Origin: Nemertoderma westbladi | Taxonomy: Eukaryota > Animalia > Xenacoelomorpha | Assembly: GCA_032718475.1 (NCBI GenBank) | Contig: JAUCBJ010009055.1 | Span: forward strand, 8,266 to 72,265 | DNA length: 64,000 nucleotides | Direction: 5' to 3' | Shown: piece after piece, positions 36,801-51,800 of the stretch | Position numbering within the stretch: position 1 is the first letter of the stretch | Layout of the letters: every line of letters begins with the position of its first letter | Notes under the pieces: generated by a model | Database searches by the model: none | What the model saw: only the letters and a program-made list of their open reading frames with translations | What the model was told of the DNA's origin: nothing | Translations under genes and position numbers: made by a program

Positions 36801-39800
36801 GTTCTCTGAACCCAGAGTTATACTTCCGTATTTGGGGCCTCCTGCCAATGTGTACAGGTTCCCTGAACCCAGAGTTATACTGCCGTATTTGGGGCCTCCT
36901 GCCAATGTGTACAGGTTCCCTCAACTCAGAGTTATACTGCCGTATTTGGGGCCTCCTGCCAATGTGTACAGGTTCCCTGAACCCAGAGTTATACTGCCGT
37001 ATTTGGGGCCTCCTGCCAATGTGTACAGGTTCTATGAACCCAGAGTTATACTGCCGTATTTGGGGCCTCCTGCCAATGTGTACAGGTTCTCTGAACCCAG
37101 AGTTATACTGCCGTATTTGGGGCCTCCTGCCACTGAACCCAGAGTTACACTGCCGTATTTGGGGCCTCCTGCCAATGTGTACAGGTTCCCTGAACCCAGA
37201 GTTATACTGCCGTATTTGGGGCCTCCTGCCAATGTTTACAGGTTCTCTGAACCCAGAGTAATACCTCCGTATTTGGGCCTCCTGCCACTGAACCCAGAGT
37301 TACACTGCCGTATTTGGGGCCTCCCGCCAATGTGTACAGGTTCTCTGAACCCAGAGTTAATACTGCCGTATTTGGGGCCTCCTGCCACTGAACCCAGAGT
37401 TACACTGCCGTATTTGGGGCCTCCTGCCAATGTGTACAGGTTCCCTGAACCCAGAGTTATACTGCCGTATTTGGGGCCTCCTGCCAATGTGTACAGGTTC
37501 CCTCAACTCAGAGTTATACTGCCGTATTTGGGGCCTCCTGCCAATGTGTACAGGTTCCCTGAACCCAGAGTTATACTGCCGTATTTGGGGCCTCCTGCCA
37601 ATGTGTACAGGTTCTATGAACCCAGAGTTATACTGCCGTATTTGGGGCCTCCTGCCAATGTGTACAGGTTCTCTGAACCCAGAGTTATACTGCCGTATTT
37701 GGGGCCTCCTGCCACTGAACCCAGAGTTACACTGCCGTATTTGGGGCCTCCTGCCAATGTGTACAGGTTCCCTGAACCCAGAGTTATACTGCCGTATTTG
37801 GGGCCTCCTGCCAATGTTTACAGGTTCTCTGAACCCAGAGTAATACCTCCGTATTTGGGCCTCCTGCCACTGAACCCAGAGTTACACTGCCGTATTTGGG
37901 GCCTCCCGCCAATGTGTACAGGTTCTCTGAACCCAGAGTTAATACTGCCGTATTTGGGGCCTCCTGCCACTGAACCCAGAGTTACACTGCCGTATTTGGG
38001 GCCTCCTGCCAATGTGTACAGGTTCTATGAACCCAGAGTTATACTGCCGTATTTGGGACCTCCTACCAATGTGTACAGGTTCCCTGAACCCAGAGTTATA
38101 CTGCCGTATTTGGGGCTTCCTGCCAATGTGTACAGGTTCCCTGAACTCAGAGTTATACTGCCGTATTTGGGGCCTCCTGCCAATGTGTACAGGTTCCCTG
38201 AACTCAAGAGTTATACTGCCGTATTTGGGGCCTCCTGCCAATGTGTACAGGTTCCCTGAACCCAGAGTTATACTGCCGTATTTGGGGCCTCCTGCCAATG
38301 TGTACAGGTTCCCTGAACCCAGAGTTATACTGCCGTATTTGGGGCCTCCTGCCAATGTGTACAGGTTCTATGAACCCAGAGTTATACTGCCGTATTTGGG
38401 GCCTCCTGCCAATGTGTACAGGTTCTATGAACCCAGAGTTATACTGCCGTATTTGGGACCTCCTACCAATGTGTACAGGTTCCCTGAACCCAGAGTTATA
38501 CTGCCGTATTTGGGGCTTCCTGCCAATGTGTACAGGTTCCCTGAACTCAGAGTTATACTGCCGTATTTGGGGCCTCCTGCCAATGTGTACAGGTTCCCTG
38601 AACTCAGAGTTATACTGCCGTATTTGGGGCCTCCTGCCAATGTGTACAGGTTCCCTGAACCCAGAGTTATACTGCCGTATTTGGGGCCTCCTGCCAATGT
38701 GTACAGGTTCTATGAACCCAGAGTTATACTGCCGTATTTGGGGCCTCCTGCCAATGTGTACAGGTTCTCTGAACCCAGAGTTATACTGCCGTATTTGGGG
38801 CCTCCTGCCACTGAACCCAGAGTTACACTGCCGTATTTGGGGCCTCCTGCCAATGTGTACAGGTTCCCTGAACCCAGAGTTATACTGCCGTATTTGGGGC
38901 CTCCTGCCAATATGTACAGGTTCTCTGAACCCAGAGTTATACTGCCGTATTTGGGCCTCCTGCCACTGAACCCAGAGTTACACTGCCGTATTTGGAACCT
39001 CCTGCCAATGTGTACAGGTTCCCTGAACTCAGAGTTATACTGCCGTATTTGGGGCCTCCTGCCTATGTGTACAGGTTCCCTGAACCCAGAGTTATACTGC
39101 CGTATTTGGGGCCTCCTGCCAATGTGTACAGGTTCTCTGAACCCAGAGTTATACTTCCGTATTTGGGGCCTCCTGCCAATGTGTACAGGTTCCCTGAACC
39201 CAGAGTTATACTGCCGTATTTGGGGCCTCCTGCCAATGTGTACAGGTTCCCTCAACTCAGAGTTATACTGCCGTATTTGGGGCCTCCTGCCAATGTGTAC
39301 AGGTTCCCTGAACCCATAGTTATACTGCCGTATTTGGGGCCTCCTGCCAATGTGTACAGGTTCTATGAACCCAGAGTTATACTGCCGTATTTGGGGCCTC
39401 CTGCCAATGTGTACAGGTTCTCTGAACCCAGAGTTATACTGCCGTATTTGGGGCCTCCTGCCACTGAACCCAGAGTTACACTGCCGTATTTGGGGCCTCC
39501 TGCCAATGTGTACAGGTTCCCTGAACCCAGAGTTATACTGCCGTATTTGGGGCCTCCTGCCAATGTTTACAGGTTCTCTGAACCCAGAGTAATACCTCCG
39601 TATTTGGGCCTCCTGCCACTGAACCCAGAGTTACACTGCCGTATTTGGGGCCTCCCGCCAATGTGTACAGGTTCTCTGAACCCAGAGTTAATACTGCCGT
39701 ATTTGGGGCCTCCTGCCACTGAACCCAGAGTTACACTGCCGTATTTGGGGCCTCCTGCCAATGTGTACAGGTTCTATGAACCCAGAGTTATACTGCCGTA

Positions 39801-42800
39801 TTTGGGACCTCCTACCAATGTGTACAGGTTCCCTGAACCCAGAGTTATACTGCCGTATTTGGGGCTTCCTGCCAATGTGTACAGGTTCCCTGAACTCAGA
39901 GTTATACTGCCGTATTTGGGGCCTCCTGCCAATGTGTACAGGTTCCCTGAACTCAAGAGTTATACTGCCGTATTTGGGGCCTCCTGCCAATGTGTACAGG
40001 TTCCCTGAACCCAGAGTTATACTGCCGTATTTGGGGCCTCCTGCCAATGTGTACAGGTTCCCTGAACCCAGAGTTATACTGCCGTATTTGGGGCCTCCTG
40101 CCAATGTGTACAGGTTCTATGAACCCAGAGTTATACTGCCGTATTTGGGGCCTCCTGCCAATGTGTACAGGTTCTATGAACCCAGAGTTATACTGCCGTA
40201 TTTGGGACCTCCTACCAATGTGTACAGGTTCCCTGAACCCAGAGTTATACTGCCGTATTTGGGGCTTCCTGCCAATGTGTACAGGTTCCCTGAACTCAGA
40301 GTTATACTGCCGTATTTGGGGCCTCCTGCCAATGTGTACAGGTTCCCTGAACTCAGAGTTATACTGCCGTATTTGGGGCCTCCTGCCAATGTGTACAGGT
40401 TCCCTGAACCCAGAGTTATACTGCCGTATTTGGGGCCTCCTGCCAATGTGTACAGGTTCTATGAACCCAGAGTTATACTGCCGTATTTGGGGCCTCCTGC
40501 CAATGTGTACAGGTTCTCTGAACCCAGAGTTATACTGCCGTATTTGGGGCCTCCTGCCACTGAACCCAGAGTTACACTGCCGTATTTGGGGCCTCCTGCC
40601 AATGTGTACAGGTTCCCTGAACCCAGAGTTATACTGCCGTATTTGGGGCCTCCTGCCAATGTGTACAGGTTCTCTGAACCCAGAGTTATACTGCCGTATT
40701 TGGGCCTCCTGCCACTGAACCCAGAGTTACACTGCCGTATTTGGGACCTCCTGCCAATGTGTACAGGTTCCCTGAACTCAGAGTTATACTGCCGTATTTG
40801 GGGCCTCCTGCCTATGTGTACAGGTTCCCTGAACCCAGAGTTATACTGCCGTATTTGGGGCCTCCTGCCAATGTGTACAGGTTCTATGAACCCAGAGTTA
40901 TACTGCCGTATTTGGGGCCTCCTGCCAATGTGTACAGGTTCCCTGAACCCAGAGTTATACTGCCGTATTTGGGGCCTCCTGCCAATGTGTACAGGTTCTC
41001 TGAACCCAGAGTTATACTGCCGTATTTGGGGCCTCCTGCCACTGAACCCAGAGTTACACTGCCGTATTTGGGACCTCCTGCCAATGTGTACAGGTTCCCT
41101 GAACTCAGAGTTATACTGCCGTATTTGGGGCCTCTTGCCAATGTGTACAGGTTCTATGAACCCAGAGTTATACTGCCGTATTTGGGGCCTCCTGCCAATG
41201 TGTACAGGTTCCATGAACCCAGAGTTAATACTGCCGTATTTGGGGCCTCCTGCCAATGTGTACAGGTTCTATGAACCCAGAGTTATACTGCCGTATTTGG
41301 GACCTCCTGCCAATGTGTACAGGTTCCCTGAACCCAGAGTTATACTGCCGTATTTGGGGCCTCCTGCCAATGTGTACAGGTTCCCTGAACTCAGAGTTAT
41401 ACTGCCGTATTTGGGGCCTCCTGCCAATGTGTACAGGTTCTATGAACCCAGAGTTATACTGCCGTATTTGGGGCCTCCTGCCAATGTGTACAGGTTCTCT
41501 GAACCCAGAGTTATACTGCCGTATTTGGGGCCTCCTGCCAATGTGTACAGGTTCCCTGAACCCAGAGTTATACTGCCGTATTTGGGGCCTCCTGCCAATG
41601 TGTACAGGTTCCCTGAACCCAGAGTTATACTGCCGTATTTGGGGCCTCCTGCCAATGTGTACAGGTTCCCTGAACCCAGAGTTATACTGCCGTATTTGGG
41701 GCCTCCTGCCAATGTGTACAGGTTCCCTGAACCCAGAGTTATACTGCCGTATTTGGGGCCTCCTGCCAATGTGTACAGGTTCCCTGAACCCAGAGTTATA
41801 CTGCCGTATTTGGGGCCTCCTGCCAATGTGTACAGGTTCTATGAACCCAGAGTTATACTGCCGTATTTGGGGCCTCCTGCCAATGTGTACAGGTTCCCTG
41901 AACCCAGAGTTATACTGCCGTATTTGGGGCCTCCTGCCAATGTGTACAGGTTCCCTGAACCCAGAGTTATACTGCCGTATTTGGGGCCTCCTGCCAATGT
42001 GTACAGGTTCCCTGAACCCAGAGTTATACTGCCGTATTTGGGGCCTCCTGCCAATGTGTACAGGTTCTCTGAACCCAGAGTTATACTGCCGTATTTGGGG
42101 CCTCCTGCCAATGTGTACAGGTTCCCTGAACCCAGAGTTATACTGCCGTATTTGGGGCCTCCTGCCAATGTGTACAGGTTCCCTCAACTCAGAGTTATAC
42201 TGCCGTATTTGGGGCCTCCTGCCAATGTGTACAGGTTCCCTGAACCCAGAGTTATACTGCCGTATTTGGGGCCTCCTGCCAATGTGTACAGGTTCTATGA
42301 ACCCAGAGTTATACTGCCGTATTTGGGGCCTCCTGCCAATGTGTACAGGTTCTCTGAACCCAGAGTTATACTGCCGTATTTGGGGCCTCCTGCCACTGAA
42401 CCCAGAGTTACACTGCCGTATTTGGGGCCTCCTGCCAATGTGTACAGGTTCCCTGAACCCAGAGTTATACTGCCGTATTTGGGGCCTCCTGCCAATGTTT
42501 ACAGGTTCTCTGAACCCAGAGTAATACCTCCGTATTTGGGCCTCCTGCCACTGAACCCAGAGTTACACTGCCGTATTTGGGGCCTCCCGCCAATGTGTAC
42601 AGGTTCTCTGAACCCAGAGTTAATACTGCCGTATTTGGGGCCTCCTGCCACTGAACCCAGAGTTACACTGCCGTATTTGGGGCCTCCTGCCAATGTGTAC
42701 AGGTTCTATGAACCCAGAGTTATACTGCCGTATTTGGGACCTCCTACCAATGTGTACAGGTTCCCTGAACCCAGAGTTATACTGCCGTATTTGGGGCTTC

Positions 42801-44257
42801 CTGCCAATGTGTACAGGTTCCCTGAACTCAGAGTTATACTGCCGTATTTGGGGCCTCCTGCCAATGTGTACAGGTTCCCTGAACTCAGAGTTATACTGCC
42901 GTATTTGGGGCCTCCTGCCAATGTGTACAGGTTCCCTGAACCCAGAGTTATACTGCCGTATTTGGGGCCTCCTGCCAATGTGTACAGGTTCCCTGAACCC
43001 AGAGTTATACTGCCGTATTTGGGGCCTCCTGCCAATGTGTACAGGTTCTATGAACCCAGAGTTATACTGCCGTATTTGGGGCCTCCTGCCAATGTGTACA
43101 GGTTCTATGAACCCAGAGTTATACTGCCGTATTTGGGACCTCCTACCAATGTGTACAGGTTCCCTGAACCCAGAGTTATACTGCCGTATTTGGGGCTTCC
43201 TGCCAATGTGTACAGGTTCCCTGAACTCAGAGTTATACTGCCGTATTTGGGGCCTCCTGCCAATGTGTACAGGTTCCCTGAACTCAGAGTTATACTGCCG
43301 TATTTGGGGCCTCCTGCCAATGTGTACAGGTTCCCTGAACCCAGAGTTATACTGCCGTATTTGGGGCCTCCTGCCAATGTGTACAGGTTCTATGAACCCA
43401 GAGTTATACTGCCGTATTTGGGGCCTCCTGCCAATGTGTACAGGTTCTCTGAACCCAGAGTTATACTGCCGTATTTGGGGCCTCCTGCCACTGAACCCAG
43501 AGTTACACTGCCGTATTTGGGGCCTCCTGCCAATGTGTACAGGTTCCCTGAACCCAGAGTTATACTGCCGTATTTGGGGCCTCCTGCCAATGTGTACAGG
43601 TTCTCTGAACCCAGAGTTATACTGCCGTATTTGGGCCTCCTGCCACTGAACCCAGAGTTACACTGCCGTATTTGGGACCTCCTGCCAATGTGTACAGGTT
43701 CCCTGAACTCAGAGTTATACTGCCGTATTTGGGGCCTCCTGCCTATGTGTACAGGTTCCCTGAACCCAGAGTTATACTGCCGTATTTGGGGCCTCCTGCC
43801 AATGTGTATAGGTTCTATGAACCCAGAGTTATACTGCCGTATTTGGGGCCTCCTGCCAATGTGTACAGGTTCCCTGAACCCAGAGTTATACTGCCGTATT
43901 TGGGGCCTCCTGCCAATGTGTACAGGTTCTCTGAACCCAGAGTTATACTGCCGTATTTGGGGCCTCCTGCCACTGAACCCAGAGTTACACTGCCGTATTT
44001 GGGACCTCCTGCCAATGTGTACAGGTTCTCTGAACCCAGAGTTATACTGCCGTATTTGGGGCCTCCTGCCACTGAACCCAGAGTTACACTGCCGTATTTG
44101 GGGCCTCCTGCCAATGTGTACAGGTTCCCTGAACCCAGAGTTATACTGCCGTATTTGGGGCCTCCTGCCAATGTGTACAGGTTCTCTGAACCCAGAGTTA
44201 TACTGCCGTATTTGGGCCTCCTGCCACTGAACCCAGAGTTACACTGCCGTATTTGGG

Positions 44258-44357
44258 NNNNNNNNNNNNNNNNNNNNNNNNNNNNNNNNNNNNNNNNNNN
44301 NNNNNNNNNNNNNNNNNNNNNNNNNNNNNNNNNNNNNNNNNNNNNNNNNNNNNNNNN
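44258..44357. other. Assembly gap (100 N) within the satellite
   Basis: Run of exactly 100 N; satellite has the same orientation on both sides. Confidence 0.99.
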
Positions 44358-45725
44358 CTGAACTCAGAGTTATACTGCCGTATTTGGGGCCTCCTGCCAA
44401 TGTGTACAGGTTCTCTGAACCCAGAGTTATACTGCCGTATTTGGGGCCTCCTGCCAATGTGTACAGGTTCTCTGAACCCAGAGTTATACTGCCGTATTTG
44501 GGCCTCCTGCCAATGTGTACAGGTTCCCTGAACCCAGAGTTACACTGCCGTATTTGGGGCCTCCTGCCAATGTGTACAGGTTCCCTGAACTCAGAGTTAT
44601 ACTGCCGTATTTGGGGCCTCCTGCCAATGTGTACAGGTTCTCTGAACCCAGAGTTATACTGCCGTATTTGGGGCCTCCTGCCAATGTGTACAGGTTCCCT
44701 GAACCCAGAGTTATACTGCCGTATTTGGGGCCTCCTGCCAATGTGTACAGGTTCCCTGAACCCAGAGTTATACTGCCGTATTTGGGGCCTCCTGCCAATG
44801 TGTACAGGTTCCCTGAACCCAGAGTTATACTGCCGTATTTGGGGCCTCCTGCCAATGTGTACAGGTTCTCTGAACCCAGAGTTATACTGCCGTATTTGGG
44901 GCCTCCTGCCAATGTGTACAGGTTCCCTGAACCCAGAGTTATACTGCCGTATTTGGGGCCTCCTGCCAATGTGTACAGGTTCCCTGAACCCAGAGTTATA
45001 CTGCCGTATTTGGGGCCTCCTGCCAATGTGTACAGGTTCCCTGAACCCAGAGTTATACTGCCGTATTTGGGGCCTCCTGCCAATGTGTACAGGTTCCCTG
45101 AACCCAGAGTTATACTGCCGTATTTGGGGCCTCCTGCCAATGTGTACAGGTTCTCTGAACCCAGAGTTATACTGCCGTATTTGGGGCCTCCTGCCAATGT
45201 GTACAGGTTCTCTGAACCCAGAGTTAATACTGCCGTATTTGGGGCCTCCTGGCACTGAACCCAGAGTTACACTGCCGTATTTGGGGCCTCCTGCCAATGT
45301 GTACAGGTTCTATGAACCCAGAGTTATACTGCCGTATTTGGGACCTCCTACCAATGTGTACAGGTTCCCTGAACCCAGAGTTATACTGCCGTATTTGGGG
45401 CTTCCTGCCAATGTGTACAGGTTCCCTGAACTCAGAGTTATACTGCCGTATTTGGGGCCTCCTGCCAATGTGTACAGGTTCCCTGAACCCAGAGTTATAC
45501 TGCCGTATTTGGGGCCTCCTGCCAATGTGTACAGGTTCTATGAACTCAGAGTTATACTGCCGTATTTGGGGCCTCCTGCCAATGTGTACAGGTTCTCTGA
45601 ACCCAGAGTTATACTGCCGTATTTGGGGCCTCCTGCCACTGAACCCAGAGTTACACTGCCGTATTTGGGGCCTCCTGCCAATGTGTACAGGTTCCCTGAA
45701 CCCAGAGTTATACTGCCGTATTTGG

Positions 45726-45811
45726 AATTTGTAATTTTTTGTTGACAAGCCGGCACAGCATTCTTAAAAATGCAGCTGCAATGCAGCATGCCGATCCTAG
45801 TAGTAGTAGTA
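45726..45811 (+). mobile_element. 86-bp 5'-truncated non-LTR retroposon (LINE/SINE 3' end) inserted in the satellite
   Basis: Unique sequence ending in a (TAG)n tail, flanked by the direct repeat GCCGTATTTGG (45715-45725 and 45812-45822), a 10-11-bp TSD. Confidence 0.8.
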
Positions 45812-48800
45812 GCCGTATTTGGGGCCTCCTGCCAATGTGTACAGGTTCTCTGAACCCAGAGTTATACTGCCGTATTTGGGCCTCCTGCCACTGAACCCAG
45901 AGTTACACTGCCGTATTTGGAACCTCCTGCCAATGTGTACAGGTTCCCTGAACTCAGAGTTATACTGCCGTATTTGGGGCCTCCTGCCTATGTGTACAGG
46001 TTCCCTGAACCCAGAATTATACTGCCGTATTTGGGGCCTCCTGCCAATGTGTACAGGTTCTATGAACCCAGAGTTATACTGCCGTATTTGGGGCCTCCTG
46101 CCAATGTGTACAGGTTCCCTGAACCCAGAGTTACACTGCCGTATTTGGGACCTCCTGCCAATGTGTACAGGTTCTCTGAACTCAGAGTTATACTGCCGTA
46201 TTTGGGGCCTCTTGCCAATGTGTACAGGTTCTATGAACCCAGAGTTATACTGCCGTATTTGGGGCCTCCTGCCACTGAACCCAGAGTTACACTGCCGTAT
46301 TTGGGACCTCCTGCCAATGTGTACAGGTTCTCTGAACTCAGAGTTATACTGCCGTATTTGGGGCCTCTTGCCAATGTGTACAGGTTCTCTGAACTCAGAG
46401 TTATACTGCCGTATTTGGGGCCTCTTGCCAATGTGTACAGGTTCTATGAACCCAGAGTTATACTGCCGTAATTGGGACATCCTGCCAATGTGTACAGGTT
46501 CCCTGAACCCAGAGTTATACTGCCGTATTTGGGGCCTCCTGCCAATGTGTACAGGTTCCCTGAACTCAGAGTTATACTGCCGTATTTGGGGCCTCCTGCC
46601 AATGTGTACAGGTTCTATGAACCCAGAGTTATACTGCCGTATTTGGGGCCTCCTGCCAATGTGTACAGGTTCTCTGAACCCAGAGTTATACTGCCGTATT
46701 TGGGGCCTCCTGCCAATGTGTACAGGTTCCCTGAACCCAGAGTTATACTGCCGTATATGGGGCCTCCTGCCAATGTGTACAGGTTCCCTGAACTCAGAGT
46801 TATACTGCCGTATTTGGGGCCTCCTGCCAATGTGTACAGGTTCCCTGAACCCAGAGTTATACTGCCGTATTTGGGGCCTCCTGCCAATGTGTACAGGTTC
46901 CCTGAACCCAGAGTTATACTGCCGTTTTTGGGGCCTCCTGCCAATGTGTACAGGTTCCCTGAACCCAGAGTTATACTGCCGTATTTGGGGCCTCCTGCCA
47001 ATGTGTACAGGTTCCCTGAACTCAGAGTTATACTGCCGTATTTGGGGCCTCCTGCCAATGTGTACAGGTTCCCTGAACCCAGAGTTATACTGCCGTATTT
47101 GGGGCCTCCTTCCAATGTGTACAGGTTCTCTGGACCCAGAGTTATACTGCCGTATTTGGGGCCTCCTGCCAATGTGTACAGGTTCCCTGAACCCAGAGTT
47201 ATACTGCCGTATTTGGGGCCTCCTGCCAATGTGTACAGGTTCCCTCAACTCAGAGTTATACTGCCGTATTTGGGGCCTCCTGCCAATGTGTACAGGTTCC
47301 CTGAACCCAGAGTTATACTGCCGTATTTGGGGCCTCCTGCCAATGTGTACAGGTTCTATGAACCCAGAGTTATACTGCCGTATTTGGGGCCTCCTGCCAA
47401 TGTGTACAGGTTCTCTGAACCCAGAGTTATACTGCCGTATTTGGGCCTCCTGCCACTGAACCCAGAGTTACACTGCCGTATTTGGGGCCTCCCGCCAATG
47501 TGTACAGGTTCTCTGAACCCAGAGTTAATACTGCCGTATTTGGGGCCTCCTGCCACTGAACCCAGAGTTACACTGCCGTATTTGGGGCCTCCTGCCAATG
47601 TGTACAGGTTCTATGAACCCAGAGTTATACTGCCGTATTTGGGACCTCCTACCAATGTGTACAGGTTCCCTGAACCCAGAGTTATACTGCCGTATTTGGG
47701 GCTTCCTGCCAATGTGTACAGGTTCCCTGAACTCAGAGTTATACTGCCGTATTTGGGGCCTCCTGCCAATGTGTACAGGTTCCCTGAACTCAAGAGTTAT
47801 ACTGCCGTATTTGGGGCCTCCTGCCAATGTGTACAGGTTCCCTGAACCCAGAGTTATACTGCCGTATTTGGGGCCTCCTGCCAATGTGTACAGGTTCTAT
47901 GAACCCAGAGTTATACTGCCGTATTTGGGGCCTCCTGCCAATGTGTACAGGTTCTATGAACCCAGAGTTATACTGCCGTATTTGGGACCTCCTACCAATG
48001 TGTACAGGTTCCCTGAACCCAGAGTTATACTGCCGTATTTGGGGCTTCCTGCCAATGTGTACAGGTTCCCTGAACTCAGAGTTATACTGCCGTATTTGGG
48101 GCCTCCTGCCAATGTGTACAGGTTCCCTGAACTCAGAGTTATACTGCCGTATTTGGGGCCTCCTGCCAATGTGTACAGGTTCCCTGAACCCAGAGTTATA
48201 CTGCCGTATTTGGGGCCTCCTGCCAATGTGTACAGGTTCTATGAACCCAGAGTTATACTGCCGTATTTGGGGCCTCCTGCCAATGTGTACAGGTTCTCTG
48301 AACCCAGAGTTATACTGCCGTATTTGGGGCCTCCTGCCACTGAACCCAGAGTTACACTGCCGTATTTGGGGCCTCCTGCCAATGTGTACAGGTTCCCTGA
48401 ACCCAGAGTTATACTGCCGTATTTGGGGCCTCCTGCCAATGTGTACAGGTTCTCTGAACCCAGAGTTATACTGCCGTATTTGGGCCTCCTGCCACTGAAC
48501 ACAGAGTTACACTGCCGTATTTGGGACCTCCTGCCAATGTGTACAGGTTCCCTGAACTCAGAGTTATACTGCCGTATTTGGGGCCTCCTGCCTATGTGTA
48601 CAGGTTCCCTGAACCCAGAGTTATACTGCCGTATTTGGGACCTCCTGCCAATGTGTATAGGTTCTATGAACCCAGAGTTATACTGCCGTATTTGGGGCCT
48701 CCTGCCAATGTGTACAGGTTCCCTGAACCCAGAGTTATACTGCCGTATTTGGGGCCTCCTGCCAATGTGTACAGGTTCTCTGAACCCAGAGTTATACTGC

Positions 48801-51800
48801 CGTATTTGGGGCCTCCTGCCACTGAACCCAGAGTTACACTGCCGTATTTGGGGCCTCCTGCCAATGTGTACAGGTTCCCTGAACCCAGAGTTATACTGCC
48901 GTATTTGGGGCCTCCTGCCAATGTGTATAGGTTCTATGAACCCAGAGTTATACTGCCGTATTTGGGGCCTCCTGCCAACGTGTACAGGTTCCCTGAACCC
49001 AGAGTTATACTGCCGTATTTGGGGCCTCCTGCCAATGTGTACAGGTTCTCTGAACCCAGAGTTATACTGCCGTATTTGGGGCCTCCTGCCACTGAACCCA
49101 GAGTTACACTGCCGTATTTGGGACCTCCTGCCAATGTGTACAGGTTCTCTGAACCCAGAGTTAATACTGCCGTATTTGGGGCCTCCTGCCACTGAACCCA
49201 GAGTTACACTGCCGTATTTGGGGCCTCCTGCCAATGTGTACAGGTTCCCTGAACCCAGAGTTATACTGCCGTATTTGGGGCCTCCTGCCAATGTGTACAG
49301 GTTCTCTGAACCCAGAGTTATACTGCCGTATTTGGGCCTCCTGCCACTGAACCCAGAGTTACACTGCCGTATTTGGGACCTCCTGCCAATGTGTACAGGT
49401 TCCCTGAACTCAGAGTTATACTGCCGTATTTGGGGCCTCCTGCCAATGTGTACAGGTTCTATGAACCCAGAGTTATACTGCCGTATTTGGGGCCTCCTGC
49501 CAATGTGTACAGGTTCCCTGAACTCAGAGTTATACTGCCGTATTGGGGGCCTCCTGCCAATGTGTACAGGTTCCCTGAACCCAGAGTTATACTGCCGTAT
49601 TTGGGGCCTCCTGCCAATGTGTACAGGTTCTATGAACCCAGAGTTATACTGCCGTATTTGGGGCCTCCTGCCAATGTGTACAGGTTCCCTGAACTCAGAG
49701 TTATACTGCCGTATTTGGGGCCTCCTGCCAATGTGTACAGGTTCCCTGAACCCAGAGTTATACTGCCGTATTTGGGGCCTCCTGCCAATGTGTACAGGTT
49801 CCCTGAACTCAGAGTTATACTGCCGTATTTGGGGCCTCCTGCCAATGTGTACAGGTTCCCTGAACTCAGAGTTATACTGCCGTATTTGGGGCCTCCTGCC
49901 AATGTGTACAGGTTCCCTGAACCCAGAGTTATACTGCCGTATTTGGGGCCTCCTGCCAATGTGTACAGGTTCTATGAACCCAGAGTTATACTGCCGTATT
50001 TGGGGCCTCCTGCCAATGTGTACAGGTTCTCTGAACCCAGAGTTATACTGCCGTATTTGGGGCCTCCTGCCACTGAACCCAGAGTTACACTGCCGTATTT
50101 GGGGCCTCCTGCCAATGTGTACAGGTTCCCTGAACCCAGAGTTATACTGCCGTATTTGGGGCCTCCTGCCAATGTGTACAGGTTCTCTGAACCCAGAGTT
50201 ATACTGCCGTATTTGGGCCTCCTGCCACTGAACACAGAGTTACACTGCCGTATTTGGGACCTCCTGCCAATGTGTACAGGTTCCCTGAACTCAGAGTTAT
50301 ACTGCCGTATTTGGGGCCTCCTGCCTATGTGTACAGGTTCCCTGAACCCAGAGTTATACTGCCGTATTTGGGACCTCCTGCCAATGTGTATAGGTTCTAT
50401 GAACCCAGAGTTATACTGCCGTATTTGGGGCCTCCTGCCAATGTGTACAGGTTCCCTGAACCCAGAGTTATACTGCCGTATTTGGGGCCTCCTGCCAATG
50501 TGTACAGGTTCTCTGAACCCAGAGTTATACTGCCGTATTTGGGGCCTCCTGCCACTGAACCCAGAGTTACACTGCCGTATTTGGGGCCTCCTGCCAATGT
50601 GTACAGGTTCCCTGAACCCAGAGTTATACTGCCGTATTTGGGGCCTCCTGCCAATGTGTATAGGTTCTATGAACCCAGAGTTATACTGCCGTATTTGGGG
50701 CCTCCTGCCAATGTGTACAGGTTCCCTGAACCCAGAGTTATACTGCCGTATTTGGGGCCTCCTGCCAATGTGTACAGGTTCTCTGAACCCAGAGTTATAC
50801 TGCCGTATTTGGGGCCTCCTGCCACTGAACCCAGAGTTACACTGCCGTATTTGGGACCTCCTGCCAATGTGTACAGGTTCTCTGAACCCAGAGTTAATAC
50901 TGCCGTATTTGGGGCCTCCTGCCACTGAACCCAGAGTTACACTGCCGTATTTGGGGCCTCCTGCCAATGTGTACAGGTTCCCTGAACCCAGAGTTATACT
51001 GCCGTATTTGGGGCCTCCTGCCAATGTGTACAGGTTCTCTGAACCCAGAGTTATACTGCCGTATTTGGGCCTCCTGCCACTGAACCCAGAGTTACACTGC
51101 CGTATTTGGGACCTCCTGCCAATGTGTACAGGTTCCCTGAACTCAGAGTTATACTGCCGTATTTGGGGCCTCTTGCCAATGTGTACAGGTTCTATGAACC
51201 CAGAGTTATACTGCCGTATTTGGGGCCTCCTGCCAATGTGTACAGGTTCCCTGAACTCAGAGTTATACTGCCGTATTGGGGGCCTCCTGCCAATGTGTAC
51301 AGGTTCCCTGAACCCAGAGTTATACTGCCGTATTTGGGGCCTCCTGCCAATGTGTACAGGTTCTCTGAACCCAGAGTTATACTGCCGTATTTGGGGCCTC
51401 CTGCCAATGTGTACAGGTTCCCTGAACCCAGAGTTATACTGCCGTATTTGGGGCCTCCTGCCAATGTGTACAGGTTCCCTGAACCCAGAGTTATACTGCC
51501 GTATTTGGGGCCTCCTGCCAATGTGTACAGGTTCCCTGAACTCAGAGTTATACTGCCGTATTTGGGGCCTCCTGCCAATGTGTACAGGTTCCCTGAACCC
51601 AGAGTTATACTGCCGTATTTGGGGCCTCCTGCCAATGTGTACAGGTTCTCTGAACCCAGAGTTATACTGCCGTATTTGGGGCCTCCTGCCAATGTGTACA
51701 GGTTCCCTGAACCCAGAGTTATACTGCCGTATTTGGGGCCTCCTGCCAATGTGTACAGGTTCCCTCAACTCAGAGTTATACTGCCGTATTTGGGGCCTCC

